This document shows positions 40,044 through 50,169 of a DNA stretch of 64,000 nt, one piece after another. A program made the position numbers and the translations under genes. The notes beneath the pieces were generated by a model that saw only the letters and a program-made list of their open reading frames with translations, did not search any database and was not told the origin of the DNA. Source of the stretch: an uncultured Alphaproteobacteria bacterium (lineage in GTDB: Bacteria; Pseudomonadota; Alphaproteobacteria; Rhizobiales; Hyphomicrobiaceae); contig CAWKBL010000012.1 in NCBI GenBank assembly GCA_963847865.1, forward strand, positions 967,411 to 1,031,410, in the 5' to 3' direction. The first letter of the stretch is position 1, and each line of letters starts with the position of its first letter.

Positions 40044-41117
40044 TTAAATTTGCGTGCTCGCGAACCGTTCGACGGAGGCGCCCCTGTTGCGGCCCCTGGC
40101 GACCAGGATCTCAAGACCTTCGGCTCTAGCGACTCCGCTCAACAATTCATAGAGGCGTTGCGCATTTTCCTTGCTGGAAGTGAAAGCAAAGCCGGTCGGA
40201 CCCCACGAGCTTTGTCCGATCCCGAAGGCGCCCCCCGCCTTTAACTTTTGTGCGATGCGTCCGACGGCAGGGCTCGCCCACGGCAGTCCCCCCTGGGCGG
40301 CGGCGAAGTGGCTGCCGACAATCGACTGAATCTCGGTCACTGCAGCGCCGAAGGTCGCGATGTCGGCCTCGATCAGCCCGGGCGCCAGCTGCATCAGCAC
40401 AAGGTGGCAAACGTGCGCGGCCGCGGACTCTGGAAGCGGTGGCAGTGCAGCAAAAGCCTTCGCCTCGGCATCGCCGTGCACGCCGGCGGTGCGCGCGTCG
40501 ATGACGAGCAAGATGCGCCAGGCCTCCGGAAAGTCGGCACGCATCAGAATGGGCGGAGGCCGATCTATCGCTCCGCGGCCGCCATCGACGATGAAGCCGC
40601 CGCTCTCGAAGGCGGCCATGCCGATCGCCGACCGGGCGCCGCGGTCCAACAGGGCGCCAAGCTCACCGGCGCCGAGGTCCAGGCCTTCGATCGCGGTTAA
40701 TGCGGCCCCGACGGCCAGTGCGAGCTGGGTGCCGGAACCGAGCCCGGAATGGGGAGGGATCGCGCTGCGGATATCGAGTTGGTAGCCCTTGCCGGGTGCA
40801 AGATCGTGGGCGAGGCGGCGCAGCGTATCGAGCGCTCGCGCATGGTCGGGCCCCTTGGCCTCGAACGAGCGGGCGCGGGCCAGGATGAGCTCGGTCGCCG
40901 GGCGGTCAATCGCCAGCCCGATGCTGCCGAAGCGCCGCCCCAAGTCGCCGTTGAGATCGAGGAAGCCCAAGTGCAGGCGGGCAGGCGCCGTGACGCGCAC
41001 GGCCTCGGCAGGCGAGCGTGCCAGCTTCGGGGCCGCCTGTCCTTCGGATGGGAGCTCGGTTTGCGTTGCGCCGGCCAGAGGCATTACGTTGAACCTACGG
41101 GAGAGAGTGTCCATCAA
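40044..41117 (-). CDS. mptG: beta-ribofuranosylaminobenzene 5'-phosphate synthase (GHMP-kinase-like)
   Basis: GHMP kinase N-domain motif PPHSGLGSGTQLALAVGAAL. Confidence 0.75.
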   Translation of the reverse strand: MMDTLSRRFNVMPLAGATQTELPSEGQAAPKLARSPAEAVRVTAPARLHLGFLDLNGDLGRRFGSIGLAIDRPATELILARARSFEAKGPDHARALDTLRRLAHDLAPGKGYQLDIRSAIPPHSGLGSGTQLALAVGAALTAIEGLDLGAGELGALLDRGARSAIGMAAFESGGFIVDGGRGAIDRPPPILMRADFPEAWRILLVIDARTAGVHGDAEAKAFAALPPLPESAAAHVCHLVLMQLAPGLIEADIATFGAAVTEIQSIVGSHFAAAQGGLPWASPAVGRIAQKLKAGGAFGIGQSSWGPTGFAFTSSKENAQRLYELLSGVARAEGLEILVARGRNRGASVERFASTQI

Positions 41118-41134
41118 TTCGAGGAGACGACAAT

Positions 41135-41512
41135 ATGACGGCTGAGCGCGAAAAGCCCATGCCGGATGCCGAGGTTATCGCCTCGCTCGAGCAAAACCTT
41201 CCCAAATGGCGCCTGGAAGACGGCTGGATCAGGAGAACATACAAGACGAGCGGCTGGAAAGGCACCTTGATGGTCATTAATACCGTCGGCCATCTGGCGG
41301 AAGCGGCTTGGCACCACCCCGATATCACGGCGTCCTATGCTTGGGTCGAGGTGCGCCTCATGACGCACACCGCAAAGGGCATAACCTCCAAGGACCTCGA
41401 GCTCGCCAAGAAGATCGAGGACGTGGTGCAGTGGCAGCCGGGCAAAGAGGGGCGCGGCCTTGAAGGAACCCCGGCGGGCGATATGCGCTTTGCCTACATT
41501 AAATACGATTGA
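41135..41512 (+). CDS. pterin-4a-carbinolamine dehydratase (PCD/DCoH)
   Basis: 125 aa; ...WKGTLMVINTVGHLAEAAWHHPD... core. Confidence 0.8.
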   Translation: MTAEREKPMPDAEVIASLEQNLPKWRLEDGWIRRTYKTSGWKGTLMVINTVGHLAEAAWHHPDITASYAWVEVRLMTHTAKGITSKDLELAKKIEDVVQWQPGKEGRGLEGTPAGDMRFAYIKYD

Positions 41513-41592
41513 AGGTTGCCCCGCGGTGAACGAGCTCGCGCTTGCGGGAACGGCGGCCCCGAGGTAACGAGCCGCCGAGCGAAGGGACCGAC

Positions 41593-42103
41593 ATGCCTGC
41601 ACCGAAGCATCCTCGGGCTTCGACCGACCTCGATTGCATCATCGCGCTCGGCTCCAATCTCGGCGACAAGTCCGCCAATATCGACACGGCGATCCGCCTG
41701 CTGATCGAGCCGGGCGACGTACGGCTCGTACGGCGTTCGCGTAACTTTGCGACCGACCCCTGGGGCAAGATCGACCAGGACCGGTTCGTCAACGCATGCA
41801 TCGGCGTCGCGACCGGGCGTCGAGCCGCGCGAGCTGCTCGCGCGCTGCCAGGAGATCGAGCGCCGCATGGGCCGCGTCCCCACCGAGAAGTGGGGGCCGC
41901 GCGTCATCGATCTCGACCTGCTGGTTTACGGCGATACGGCCATCTCGGAGCCCGATCTCGTTCTCCCGCACCCCCACATTGGTGCGCGCGCCTTCGTTCT
42001 CGCTCCGCTCATGGACATCGCGCCCGATCTGCGGATCGGGGGCAGGCCCGTGCGCGAGCTCTACGCCGCGATCGATCTGGGCGGCGTGCAGCCGCTTGAT
42101 TGA
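41593..42103 (+). CDS. folK: 6-hydroxymethyl-7,8-dihydropterin pyrophosphokinase (FolK type), one frameshift near 41815
   Basis: IIALGSNLGD N-terminus in one frame; ...RVIDLDLLVYGD...LVLPHPH... in the other. Confidence 0.65.
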
Positions 42104-42172
42104 CCAGAACAGCAAAACGCCGCGGGAGCGATCGCCCGCGGCGCTTTTACATCGTCGCCAAGAGGGCGCCGG

Positions 42173-42556
42173 TTATTTCGTGCTGCCGTCGGCGTTGAAG
42201 GATTCGAGGTAGGCAATGAGGTCGTCGCGCTCGATCTCGTCCTTGACGCCGGGGAAGATCATCTTGGTGCCGGGCACCAACTTCTTGGGATCGGTGAGCC
42301 ACTCATGCAGCTTGGCATCGTCCCAGGTGATGCCGCTCTTCTTCATGGCATCGGAATAATTGAAGCCTTCGATTGATCCTGCGGGACGGCCAAGGACGCC
42401 GTTCAGCTCAGGGCCGACCTTGTTCTTGGCCCCGGGCCCGATGTTGTGGCAGGGCGTGCATTTGTTGAAGACCTTCTTTCCGGCCTCCGCATCTTGCGCC
42501 AGAGCAACCGTCGGCAGCGCGAGCATGACGCCCGCTGCGATAACCCACCTGAGCAT
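42173..42556 (-). CDS. class I cytochrome c (c2/c550-like)
   Basis: Signal peptide; CTPCHN heme site; Met ligand region. Confidence 0.8.
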   Translation of the reverse strand: MLRWVIAAGVMLALPTVALAQDAEAGKKVFNKCTPCHNIGPGAKNKVGPELNGVLGRPAGSIEGFNYSDAMKKSGITWDDAKLHEWLTDPKKLVPGTKMIFPGVKDEIERDDLIAYLESFNADGSTK

Positions 42557-42722
42557 TCTGGATTCCTTCCCTATTGTTTTTCGACCACGCGTCCGGGGAC
42601 ACCGCGATCATCTTATCCCAACAGGGACTGTGCCAAGTCTTTTGTGAACTGGGACTGAACACAATGACGCACCCCCCATATGCCGGGGGGTGCGCAGAGC
42701 GCCGGAGAAGCGGGAAACGGGC

Positions 42723-43961
42723 TTAAGCGTCGGTCGGCGCCGGTGTTTTCTCCCGCACAGGCTTGGGCGAGGCTCCCCCGGGGCGGCGATAGATGAACTC
42801 GGGCGGAGTTTTGTGGGACTCGACCTCGGCAACCATCGCCCACTCCTCATGCATCGGCGACAGCGAGCAGGCGGGGTCGGTATTGGCGGCATCGCCCGTC
42901 AGGGCAAACGCCTGGCAGCGGCAACCGCCGTAGTCGATCTCGCGGCGCGGACAGGAGCGGCACGGCTCCTTCATCCACTCGGTGCCGCGATACTTCTGGA
43001 AGGCCGAGCCCGAAAGCCAGATGTCGCCGAGCGCCTTGTCGCGCACGTTGTCGAACTCGAGACCTTTGATCGATTCCGCGGCGTGGCAGGGGAGCACGCG
43101 CCCCGACGGCGTGACGTTGATGATCCCGCGTCCCCAGCCGCCCATGCAGGGCTTGGGGAACTTGGCGTAATAGTCGGGCACGACCATGTCGATGACGATG
43201 ATGCCCTTGAGCCGCTCGCGCGCCTTCTCGACGAGCTTGGCCGAGGCCATGAACTGCTCGCGCGTCGGCATCAGCGAGGCGCGGTTCTTCAGGGCCCAGG
43301 CGTAATACTGCACGTGGGCGATCTCCACGCGGCCGGCGCCGAGCCTCACGGCATACTCGATGATGGCCTCGACGCTGTCGATGTTGTGGCGGTGGATCGG
43401 CGCGTTGATCGTCAGCGGCATGCCGAGCTCGCGCACCCAGCCGGCGACGATCTTCTTCTTCTCGCTGCCGCCCTTGTAGCCGCCGATGCGGTCGGCGTTC
43501 TCGGCGCGCGTATCGACGTCCTGGATCGAAATCTGCACGTGGTCGAGGCCCGCTGCCTTCAGCGCCTCGAGCTGCTCGCGCTTGAGCAGCACGGCTGCGG
43601 TGATGAGGTTCGTGTAGAGGCCAACCTCGGACGCCGTCTTGACGATATCGACGAGGTCGCGGCGCGCGGTGGGCTCGCCGCCCGACAGATGGATCTGCAG
43701 GATTCCGAGCGCGGCCGCCTCGCGCATCACCCGCTGCCAGTCCTCGGTTGAAAGCTCCGTGTTGGCGCGTTCGAGCTCCAGCGGGTTGGAGCAGTAGGGA
43801 CACTGCAACGGGCACTTGTGCGTCAGCTCGGCGAGGAGCCCGATGGGTGCGCGCGCGCAAGCCAGATCCACCGGCTCGGCTTGCGTCTCCTCGCAGCGAA
43901 GCTCGCCGGCGTCGAGCGTGACGGGAACGCTTTTTACATGGGTGGTGCTGTTTTCATTCAT
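42723..43961 (-). CDS. pqqE: PQQ biosynthesis radical SAM protein
   Basis: CPLQCPYC radical SAM motif; SPASM C-terminus; ATGA overlap with pqqD. Confidence 0.9.
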   Translation of the reverse strand: MNENSTTHVKSVPVTLDAGELRCEETQAEPVDLACARAPIGLLAELTHKCPLQCPYCSNPLELERANTELSTEDWQRVMREAAALGILQIHLSGGEPTARRDLVDIVKTASEVGLYTNLITAAVLLKREQLEALKAAGLDHVQISIQDVDTRAENADRIGGYKGGSEKKKIVAGWVRELGMPLTINAPIHRHNIDSVEAIIEYAVRLGAGRVEIAHVQYYAWALKNRASLMPTREQFMASAKLVEKARERLKGIIVIDMVVPDYYAKFPKPCMGGWGRGIINVTPSGRVLPCHAAESIKGLEFDNVRDKALGDIWLSGSAFQKYRGTEWMKEPCRSCPRREIDYGGCRCQAFALTGDAANTDPACSLSPMHEEWAMVAEVESHKTPPEFIYRRPGGASPKPVREKTPAPTDA

Positions 43962-44260
43962 GTCTTCACCACTCCCTTGTCGGCCAGATCCTGCAGCATG
44001 GCGACGATGTCGCCGAGGATCTCTTGTTGCGGAGCATTGTACTCTTTTGCGAGCAGGTTAGCGATGTCGGCGACGGTGCGCTGGCCATCACAAAGCTTCA
44101 ACACTTCGACAGCTGTGTCGTCGGGCTCGAATATCCGCTCCGGCGCCAGCACCAGCCAGCGGCCGCGACCTTCATCGTGACGCAGCTTGATGTAGGGCGG
44201 CATGAGCGGACGCGTCGCGCCCTCGATCATGGCGCGCGTCTTGGGGGCGATATCAGCCAT
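43958..44260 (-). CDS. pqqD: PQQ biosynthesis peptide chaperone
   Basis: 100 aa from [11 protein letters not shown]...; GGAGG RBS. Confidence 0.85.
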   Translation of the reverse strand: MADIAPKTRAMIEGATRPLMPPYIKLRHDEGRGRWLVLAPERIFEPDDTAVEVLKLCDGQRTVADIANLLAKEYNAPQQEILGDIVAMLQDLADKGVVKT

Positions 44261-44261
44261 C

Positions 44262-45035
44262 TCAAGCCTCCGGCCGGAAAGCGCCGGGCGGGATGTTGCC
44301 CTCCGCGTAGGCATGTTGCAGCGCATCGAGCTGCACCCACAGAACGTTGCACTTGAAGCGCACCGCATCGACGCAGGCTTCCTGCTCCGCGCGCGTCGTG
44401 GCGTTCTCCAGGACGTACTGGAGCGCAAAATCGGCGTCCCGCGGCGCCTGCGTGAGGCGGCGCTTGAAATAGGCCATCACGGCGTCGTCGATGAAATCGT
44501 AGTTCTCGAGCATGCCCGCGATGCGCTCCTTGTGGATCTTCGGAGCGAAGAGCTCGGTCAGCGAGGAGGCGACCGCCACGACGATCGGCTGCTCGCGCAC
44601 GAAGGTGACGTAGGCCTCGACGGCAAAACGCGTCGCGGGCAGAGCGCCCTTCATCGAGACGACGTACTCGCGATCGAGCCCGAGACCGTCGGTCAGCACG
44701 AGCCAGCGTGCGATCCCGCCTTCCTCCTCGCCGAATCCGTCGTGATCGAGCACGCGATGCACCCACTCGCGGCGCAGCGCACGGTCGTTCAGCCGGCTGA
44801 TGAGGGCTGCGTCCTTGCGCGGCACCGCCGACTGATAGCAGTAGCGGTTGAGTGCCCAGGCCTGCACCTGCGGCTTTGACAGCTTGCCGCCGTGCAGCAT
44901 GTGATGGAACGGGTGCTTGTCGTGATAGCGCTCGGCTCCGACGGCGCGGATGGCCGCCTCGAAATCGCCGACGCTCATGGGTTCTGCAACCCGACGCTCG
45001 GTGCTGGCGCGCTCCAGGCTTACTGGCTCGGTCAT
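44262..45035 (-). CDS. pqqC: pyrroloquinoline-quinone synthase
   Basis: 257 aa PqqC-like. Confidence 0.9.
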   Translation of the reverse strand: MTEPVSLERASTERRVAEPMSVGDFEAAIRAVGAERYHDKHPFHHMLHGGKLSKPQVQAWALNRYCYQSAVPRKDAALISRLNDRALRREWVHRVLDHDGFGEEEGGIARWLVLTDGLGLDREYVVSMKGALPATRFAVEAYVTFVREQPIVVAVASSLTELFAPKIHKERIAGMLENYDFIDDAVMAYFKRRLTQAPRDADFALQYVLENATTRAEQEACVDAVRFKCNVLWVQLDALQHAYAEGNIPPGAFRPEA

Positions 45036-45964
45036 AGGCGTACCTCCAGTCCGTCGTACCCGACTTCCCAGCCCGCGCCCTCGATCGCCTTGCGCGCTGC
45101 TGAATTGTCATCCAGCGCCGGGTTCGAATTGTTTATATGCACGTATATGAGCCTTCCGACCCCAAGTTTCGAGAAGCCGGCGCTCGAGCCCGCGGGCCCC
45201 GACATGCTGATATGCCCCATGCGGGCGCCCGTTTTGTTGAGCAGGCCCTGCTCGATCATCTCGCTGTCGGTAAAGAGCGTTCCGTCGAAGAACACGAGCG
45301 AGGCGCCCTTGAGGCGGTAAGCCAGCCGCTCGTCGATCGTCGCGCAGCCAGGAACGTAGAAAAACGACGTGCCGCTTTGCGGATCGCTAACCTTGAGGCC
45401 GATGGTGTCGCCCTCCTGCGTGCCGAGGCCGGCACCTGCGGAGGCATCCTCCAGATAGAGCGCGACCTTTCCCGGAACGGCGAAGGCCTCGACCGTGAGA
45501 CCGAGGTCGATGCCGGCGCCCGTCAAGGGCACAGCCTTGTCGAGCGGCAGCGTTATGCGGGGAACCAGCGGCTCCGCAAGGACCTGGAAGACGGTGTTGG
45601 ACTTGATGATGTCGAGGACGCGCGAGGTCCCGTAGACCGATAGCGGCTGCGCTTCGCGCAGGTTTACGAGGCCGATGACGTGATCGACGTCGCCGTTGGT
45701 GAGCACGGCGGCCTTGATGGGGCTGTGACGCAATCCGAACGTCGCCTTGGCGTGCAGCTCCGGCGTCTCTCCGAGCTGCTGGCGCAGATCAGGCGAGGCG
45801 TTGAGCAAGACCCAGCTCTCGCCGTCGCGGCTGACGGCGAGCGAAGACTGGGTGCGCGCCTTGAAACCGGGAGCTCCGGCACGGACGCTAACGCAGTTGT
45901 GGCAATTGCAATTCCACTGCGGAAAGCCGCCGCCCGCGGCTGACCCCAGAACCTTGATGATCAT
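45032..45964 (-). CDS. pqqB: PQQ biosynthesis protein B (MBL fold)
   Basis: MIIKVLGSAAGGGFPQWNCNCHNC N-terminus. Confidence 0.9.
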   Translation of the reverse strand: MIIKVLGSAAGGGFPQWNCNCHNCVSVRAGAPGFKARTQSSLAVSRDGESWVLLNASPDLRQQLGETPELHAKATFGLRHSPIKAAVLTNGDVDHVIGLVNLREAQPLSVYGTSRVLDIIKSNTVFQVLAEPLVPRITLPLDKAVPLTGAGIDLGLTVEAFAVPGKVALYLEDASAGAGLGTQEGDTIGLKVSDPQSGTSFFYVPGCATIDERLAYRLKGASLVFFDGTLFTDSEMIEQGLLNKTGARMGHISMSGPAGSSAGFSKLGVGRLIYVHINNSNPALDDNSAARKAIEGAGWEVGYDGLEVRL

Positions 45965-45996
45965 GGAAGTCGTCGAGTCTCGGGGGCGCGCCGACG

Positions 45997-46038
45997 CCAG
46001 AAAAGACAACGGCGGTCGAGGTTTCGACCGCCGTTGTC
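45997..46038 (-). terminator. 15-bp perfect stem-loop + U-tract between pqqA and pqqB (attenuator)
   Basis: Minus strand: GACAACGGCGGTCGA-aacc-TCGACCGCCGTTGTC then TTTTCT. Confidence 0.6.
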
Positions 46039-46075
46039 GGAAAACTCACGAGTTAAGTGAGCTGATCGACAGTCG

Positions 46076-46165
46076 TTAGATGATGTCGATCTCGGCCGGC
46101 AGGTACGAGGTAACCTCGAGGCCGACTTCCTGCTCACGAACTGCGGGCTTTGTCCAAACCTTCAT
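46076..46165 (-). CDS. pqqA: PQQ precursor peptide PqqA (29 aa), absent from ORF track
   Basis: MKVWTKPAVREQEVGLEVTSYLPAEIDII*: conserved E-x-x-x-Y cross-link residues; AGGAGG RBS 6 nt upstream. Confidence 0.85.
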   Translation of the reverse strand: MKVWTKPAVREQEVGLEVTSYLPAEIDII

Positions 46166-46794
46166 AACATTCCTCCTATTTCGGCAAGTTGCCTTCCAAA
46201 CTAGGATGGCCCCGCCGAGGGTCCACCCACTGGAGCGGACACTTTTTTTGATTAAGTGCCGGTCCAGTCTGCGGATCGGGACGTGTTAGTCAAGTCCGGA
46301 CCGCCGTGTCAGTCATAGACCACGGCGCTGCTTCAACCGGCAAGTCAACACTGCCTCACAAACTCGTGTCTTGGGCGTTATTGACGCCGTTACGGGCGTC
46401 GTGCTGCCGACACCTTGCAGCAGAGCAAATAGGTGGGCCAAAAAGCTGGAGCCGCGCAATCGGTTCGCTCAAATCCCGGGTCGTCGCTTGGTGAACTACT
46501 GTGCGGTGCACCTCGGGCACGCAGGTGCAGCATCCACATCGCGGTCTCGCCGCGGGCGTCCGTGGGGCTGCGGGTCCTTGAGTTGCGGGGCCGGGGGCCG
46601 CCTGCGCCCCCGCAAAGGGCCGGTCCCGCCCCAGGGAAAAATCCTACCCCGCCCTAGTGAAACGCAGGAAAATCGTTCTTATTTTCGAGCAACGGATGCG
46701 TGACAATAGAAAATTCTACTTCCCCGTCTTATAAGGTCAGCATGGAAGCAGGCCCGCGTTCGCGCGAGTATCGGTCCGCGCCGGTTTTCCCGTT

Positions 46795-48279
46795 TTGGCA
46801 AATGCGCAGCGAAAGGTCAGCCCCTTGCGGTACTTTCCGATCTTCGTCGACCTCGAAGGCCGCGCGATCCTGATCGCGGGGGGCGGGGAGAAGGCGCTGC
46901 AGAAACTGCGCCTGCTCTCCAAGACCACGGCGCGCATCCGCATCGTCGCCGAGGAGATCAGCGAGGACATCGGCGCCCTGGCGCAAGCGCCGGCGGTCGC
47001 CGTCGAGCGCCGCCGCTTCGTGCCCTCCGACCTCGCGGGCGTTGCCATGGTCTTTGCCGCCAACGATGCGCCCGACGCGGACGCGGAGGTGGCCGCAGCC
47101 GCGCGAGCCGCGGGCGTGCCGCTGAACGTCGTCGATAACCCGCGCGAGAGCACCTTCATCATGCCGGCAATCGTCGACCGCGATCCCGTCGTGGTGGCCA
47201 TCGGCACCGAGGGGGCCGCGCCCATTCTTGCCCGCGAGATCAAATCCAAGATCGAGGCCTGGCTGCCGGCGAACTTCGGCTGGGTTGCCCAACGCGCCAT
47301 GGCGCTGCGTGCCCGCGTGCAGGCCGCGGTCGCCGATATGGTCGCGCGGCGCCGGCTGTGGGAGGCGCTTTTGCAGGGCGTCTGGCGCACGGCCGTGCTG
47401 AACGGCGACGACGAAGGCGCCGCGCGTGAGTTCGAGCGCCAGCTCGACGCCGTGGGCGCCGACACGCAGCGCGCCGGCAGCGTATCGCTGATCGGGTGCG
47501 GGCCAGGCGAGCCCGACCTCCTGACGCTCAAGGCCCAGCAGCGCCTGCAGGAAGCCGACGTGCTGGTCGTCGATCGCCTGGTAAATCCCGCCATTCTCGA
47601 ATACGCGCGCCGCGATGCCATTCGGTTCGACGTCGGCAAGGAGCCCGGCGGTCCTTCGACCTCGCAGGAGGAGATCGACCGCATTCTCGTGCGCGAGGCG
47701 CTCAAAGGTCATCGCGTGGCGCGCCTCAAGGGCGGCGACGCCTTCATCTTCGGGCGCGCTGCCGAGGAGATGGCCGCCGTGCGCGCAGCCGGCATCCCGG
47801 TCGAGGTGGTGCCCGGTGTCACCGCGGCGCACGCTTGCGCTGCGAGCGTTGGCCTGCCGCTGACCTTGCGTCAGAAGGTGCGTCAGTTCGCGGTGGTGAC
47901 CGGGGCTTCCGCCGACGAGACATTGGATCTCGATTGGGCGGCGCTGGCAAAGCCGGGTCAGGCCTTCGCAATCTACATGGGCGTGCGCAGCGCGGCCGAG
48001 TTCAGGGACAAGCTGCTCGCCGCCGGCGCGCGTCCGCAGACGCCGGTCGTGATCGTCGAGAACGGCTCGCTCCCCACCGAGCGGGCCGTGGCGGTGCAAC
48101 TGGGCTTGCTCGACCGCGCCATCGCGGAGAAGGGGATCGTGGGGCCCGCCATCATCTTCGTCGGGCTCGACTGGGCAGCCGCCGGGCTGTCGCGCCCCGA
48201 CAAGATCGAGACTTATGAGCCCGAGCGCGCCGGCGAGGCCGGTGCGGGCGAGGCGGCCGCGGCGGCGCTCCATGGCTGA
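46795..48279 (+). CDS. cysG: siroheme synthase (uroporphyrinogen-III C-methyltransferase / precorrin-2 dehydrogenase / ferrochelatase)
   Basis: 494 aa; N-terminal Rossmann (ILIAGGG) plus SUMT domain (LIGCGPGEPDLLTLKA). Confidence 0.85.
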   Translation: MANAQRKVSPLRYFPIFVDLEGRAILIAGGGEKALQKLRLLSKTTARIRIVAEEISEDIGALAQAPAVAVERRRFVPSDLAGVAMVFAANDAPDADAEVAAAARAAGVPLNVVDNPRESTFIMPAIVDRDPVVVAIGTEGAAPILAREIKSKIEAWLPANFGWVAQRAMALRARVQAAVADMVARRRLWEALLQGVWRTAVLNGDDEGAAREFERQLDAVGADTQRAGSVSLIGCGPGEPDLLTLKAQQRLQEADVLVVDRLVNPAILEYARRDAIRFDVGKEPGGPSTSQEEIDRILVREALKGHRVARLKGGDAFIFGRAAEEMAAVRAAGIPVEVVPGVTAAHACAASVGLPLTLRQKVRQFAVVTGASADETLDLDWAALAKPGQAFAIYMGVRSAAEFRDKLLAAGARPQTPVVIVENGSLPTERAVAVQLGLLDRAIAEKGIVGPAIIFVGLDWAAAGLSRPDKIETYEPERAGEAGAGEAAAAALHG

Positions 48280-48345
48280 GCGCCGCGCCGAAGGTGATAG
48301 ACTTCGGAGAATGACGGGGAACGAGACGATGCTTAGGAGGCGTTT

Positions 48346-50127
48346 GTGACCGCCACACCATTGCTTCCGAGGAACGCGCCGTTCGCTCCGGAGGACATCG
48401 ACACCCTCAACAGCGTCGTTGCGCGCACGACGCCGCTGCAGCGCAGCTGGCTTGCGGGCTTTTTCGCGGGCTTCGAGGCGGCGCAGGGCGGTCAGGCCCA
48501 GCCGCAGCCGGTGGCCGCAGCCAAACCGCGCGTGCCGCTCACGGTGCTTTATGCGAGCGAGAGCGGCAACTGCGAGGCGCTCGCCATGAAGACCAAGAAG
48601 CTTGCGCAGAAGCACGGGCTCGATGCGCGCATCTTCGACATGGCCGACGTCGACATGACGGTTCTCAGCAAGGCGAAGAACCTGATGGTCTACGCCTCGA
48701 CCTGGGGCGAGGGCGATCCGCCGAGCCGGGCCGTCGACTTCTACACCGCATTGATGGGCGAAGCCGCGCCGCGCTTGGAGGGCGTGCGCTTTGGCGTGCT
48801 CGCGCTTGGCGATACGGCGTACGCGCAGTTTTGTGCCGTCGGCAAGGCGATCGATGAGCGCCTCGAGGCGCTGGGCGCCAAGCGTGCCGCCGACCGCGTC
48901 GACCTCGATCTCGACTATGCCAAGCAGGCGGCGGAATGGATGGAAGGCGCGCTTGCCAAGCTGGCGCCGGCGGAAGGCGAGGCCACCGCCACGGTTGTCC
49001 ATGTCGATTTCAAGAGCGCGGCGCATCTGTCGGACGAGGAGCCGCTCTACACGGCGGAAAATCCGCTGCAGGCCGAGATCGCAGGCCTCATCGACCTCAG
49101 CGGCACCGGCTCCACGCGCGAGACCTGGCATGTCGAGATCGCAACGGAGGCGCCGGGCTTCTCCTACAAGCCGGGCGACTCGATCGGCATCCTGCCCGAG
49201 AACGATCCCGACCTCGCGCTGGAGCTCGCCGAGGCCGTGGGGCTCGGCGCGGAGGGCGCTGCCGTGAAGAAGTTGCGCGAAAGCTACGACGTGACGACGC
49301 TGTCGCGCTCCCTCGTTGAGGCCTACGCCAAGCTCACCGGCCGCACCGATGTCGCCAAGCTCGCCGAGCCCAAGGCGTTCGCCGAGTTTGCCGCGGACCG
49401 CCAGCTCGTCGATCTGTTCGAACGGTACGCTGAGAAGCTCACGCAAGAGCAGCTCTTCGGCTTGCTGCGTCCGCTGCCGGGGCGGCTCTACTCGGTCGCC
49501 TCCAGTCTTGCCGCGCACCCTGGCGAAGCGCACCTGCTTGTGGGTGCGGTGCGCTGGGAGTCGCACGGCAAGAAGCGCCGCGGCGTCGCCTCGACCTACT
49601 TCGCCGACAGGCGCCGGATGGGCGACGGCGTGCGCGTCTACGTCAAGCCCAACCGACATTTCCGCCTGCCCGACGATCCCGCCCGTCCGATCATCATGAT
49701 CGGCGCCGGCACCGGCGTCGCGCCCTATCGCGCCTTCGTCGAGGAGCGCGTCGAGCAGGGCGCCAAGGGCAAAAATTGGCTGGTGTTCGGCGAGCGCAAC
49801 TACACGTATGATTTCCTCTACCAGCTCGAATGGCAGGAGCACCTGGAGTCGGGCGCGCTCAACCGCATCGACGTTGCCTTTTCGCGCGACCAGCCCGAGA
49901 AGATCTACGTGCAGCAGCGGCTGTGGGAAGAGCGCGCGGACGTGCTAAAATGGGTGGCCGACGGCGCCCATATCTACGTGTGCGGCGACGAAAAGGGCAT
50001 GGGGCGCGACGTCGACGTGATGCTCGCGCGCATCCTCGCAGATGCGGCGCAAGGCGATGACGAAGCGGGCCGCGCCAAGCTCAAGGAGCTCGCCAAGGCC
50101 GGCCGCTACCAGCGCGACGTCTATTGA
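48346..50127 (+). CDS. cysJ: sulfite reductase flavoprotein (CysJ-like: flavodoxin + FAD/NADPH domains) with about 60-aa N-terminal extension
   Basis: Flavodoxin TVLYASESGN; FNR-like RLYSVASS, GTGVAPYRAF. Confidence 0.8.
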   Translation: MTATPLLPRNAPFAPEDIDTLNSVVARTTPLQRSWLAGFFAGFEAAQGGQAQPQPVAAAKPRVPLTVLYASESGNCEALAMKTKKLAQKHGLDARIFDMADVDMTVLSKAKNLMVYASTWGEGDPPSRAVDFYTALMGEAAPRLEGVRFGVLALGDTAYAQFCAVGKAIDERLEALGAKRAADRVDLDLDYAKQAAEWMEGALAKLAPAEGEATATVVHVDFKSAAHLSDEEPLYTAENPLQAEIAGLIDLSGTGSTRETWHVEIATEAPGFSYKPGDSIGILPENDPDLALELAEAVGLGAEGAAVKKLRESYDVTTLSRSLVEAYAKLTGRTDVAKLAEPKAFAEFAADRQLVDLFERYAEKLTQEQLFGLLRPLPGRLYSVASSLAAHPGEAHLLVGAVRWESHGKKRRGVASTYFADRRRMGDGVRVYVKPNRHFRLPDDPARPIIMIGAGTGVAPYRAFVEERVEQGAKGKNWLVFGERNYTYDFLYQLEWQEHLESGALNRIDVAFSRDQPEKIYVQQRLWEERADVLKWVADGAHIYVCGDEKGMGRDVDVMLARILADAAQGDDEAGRAKLKELAKAGRYQRDVY

Positions 50128-50169
50128 CGGGAGAGCCCAGCCAGCGGCCTCTCGAAAGGAATTGAAACC

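Noticed and set aside
46729-49842. 1037-aa ORF on the minus strand
   Set aside because: It lies antisense to the intact cysG and cysJ genes, has a low-complexity Arg/Ala/Gly-rich translation and no start context. It is a typical long antisense ORF of a high-GC genome.
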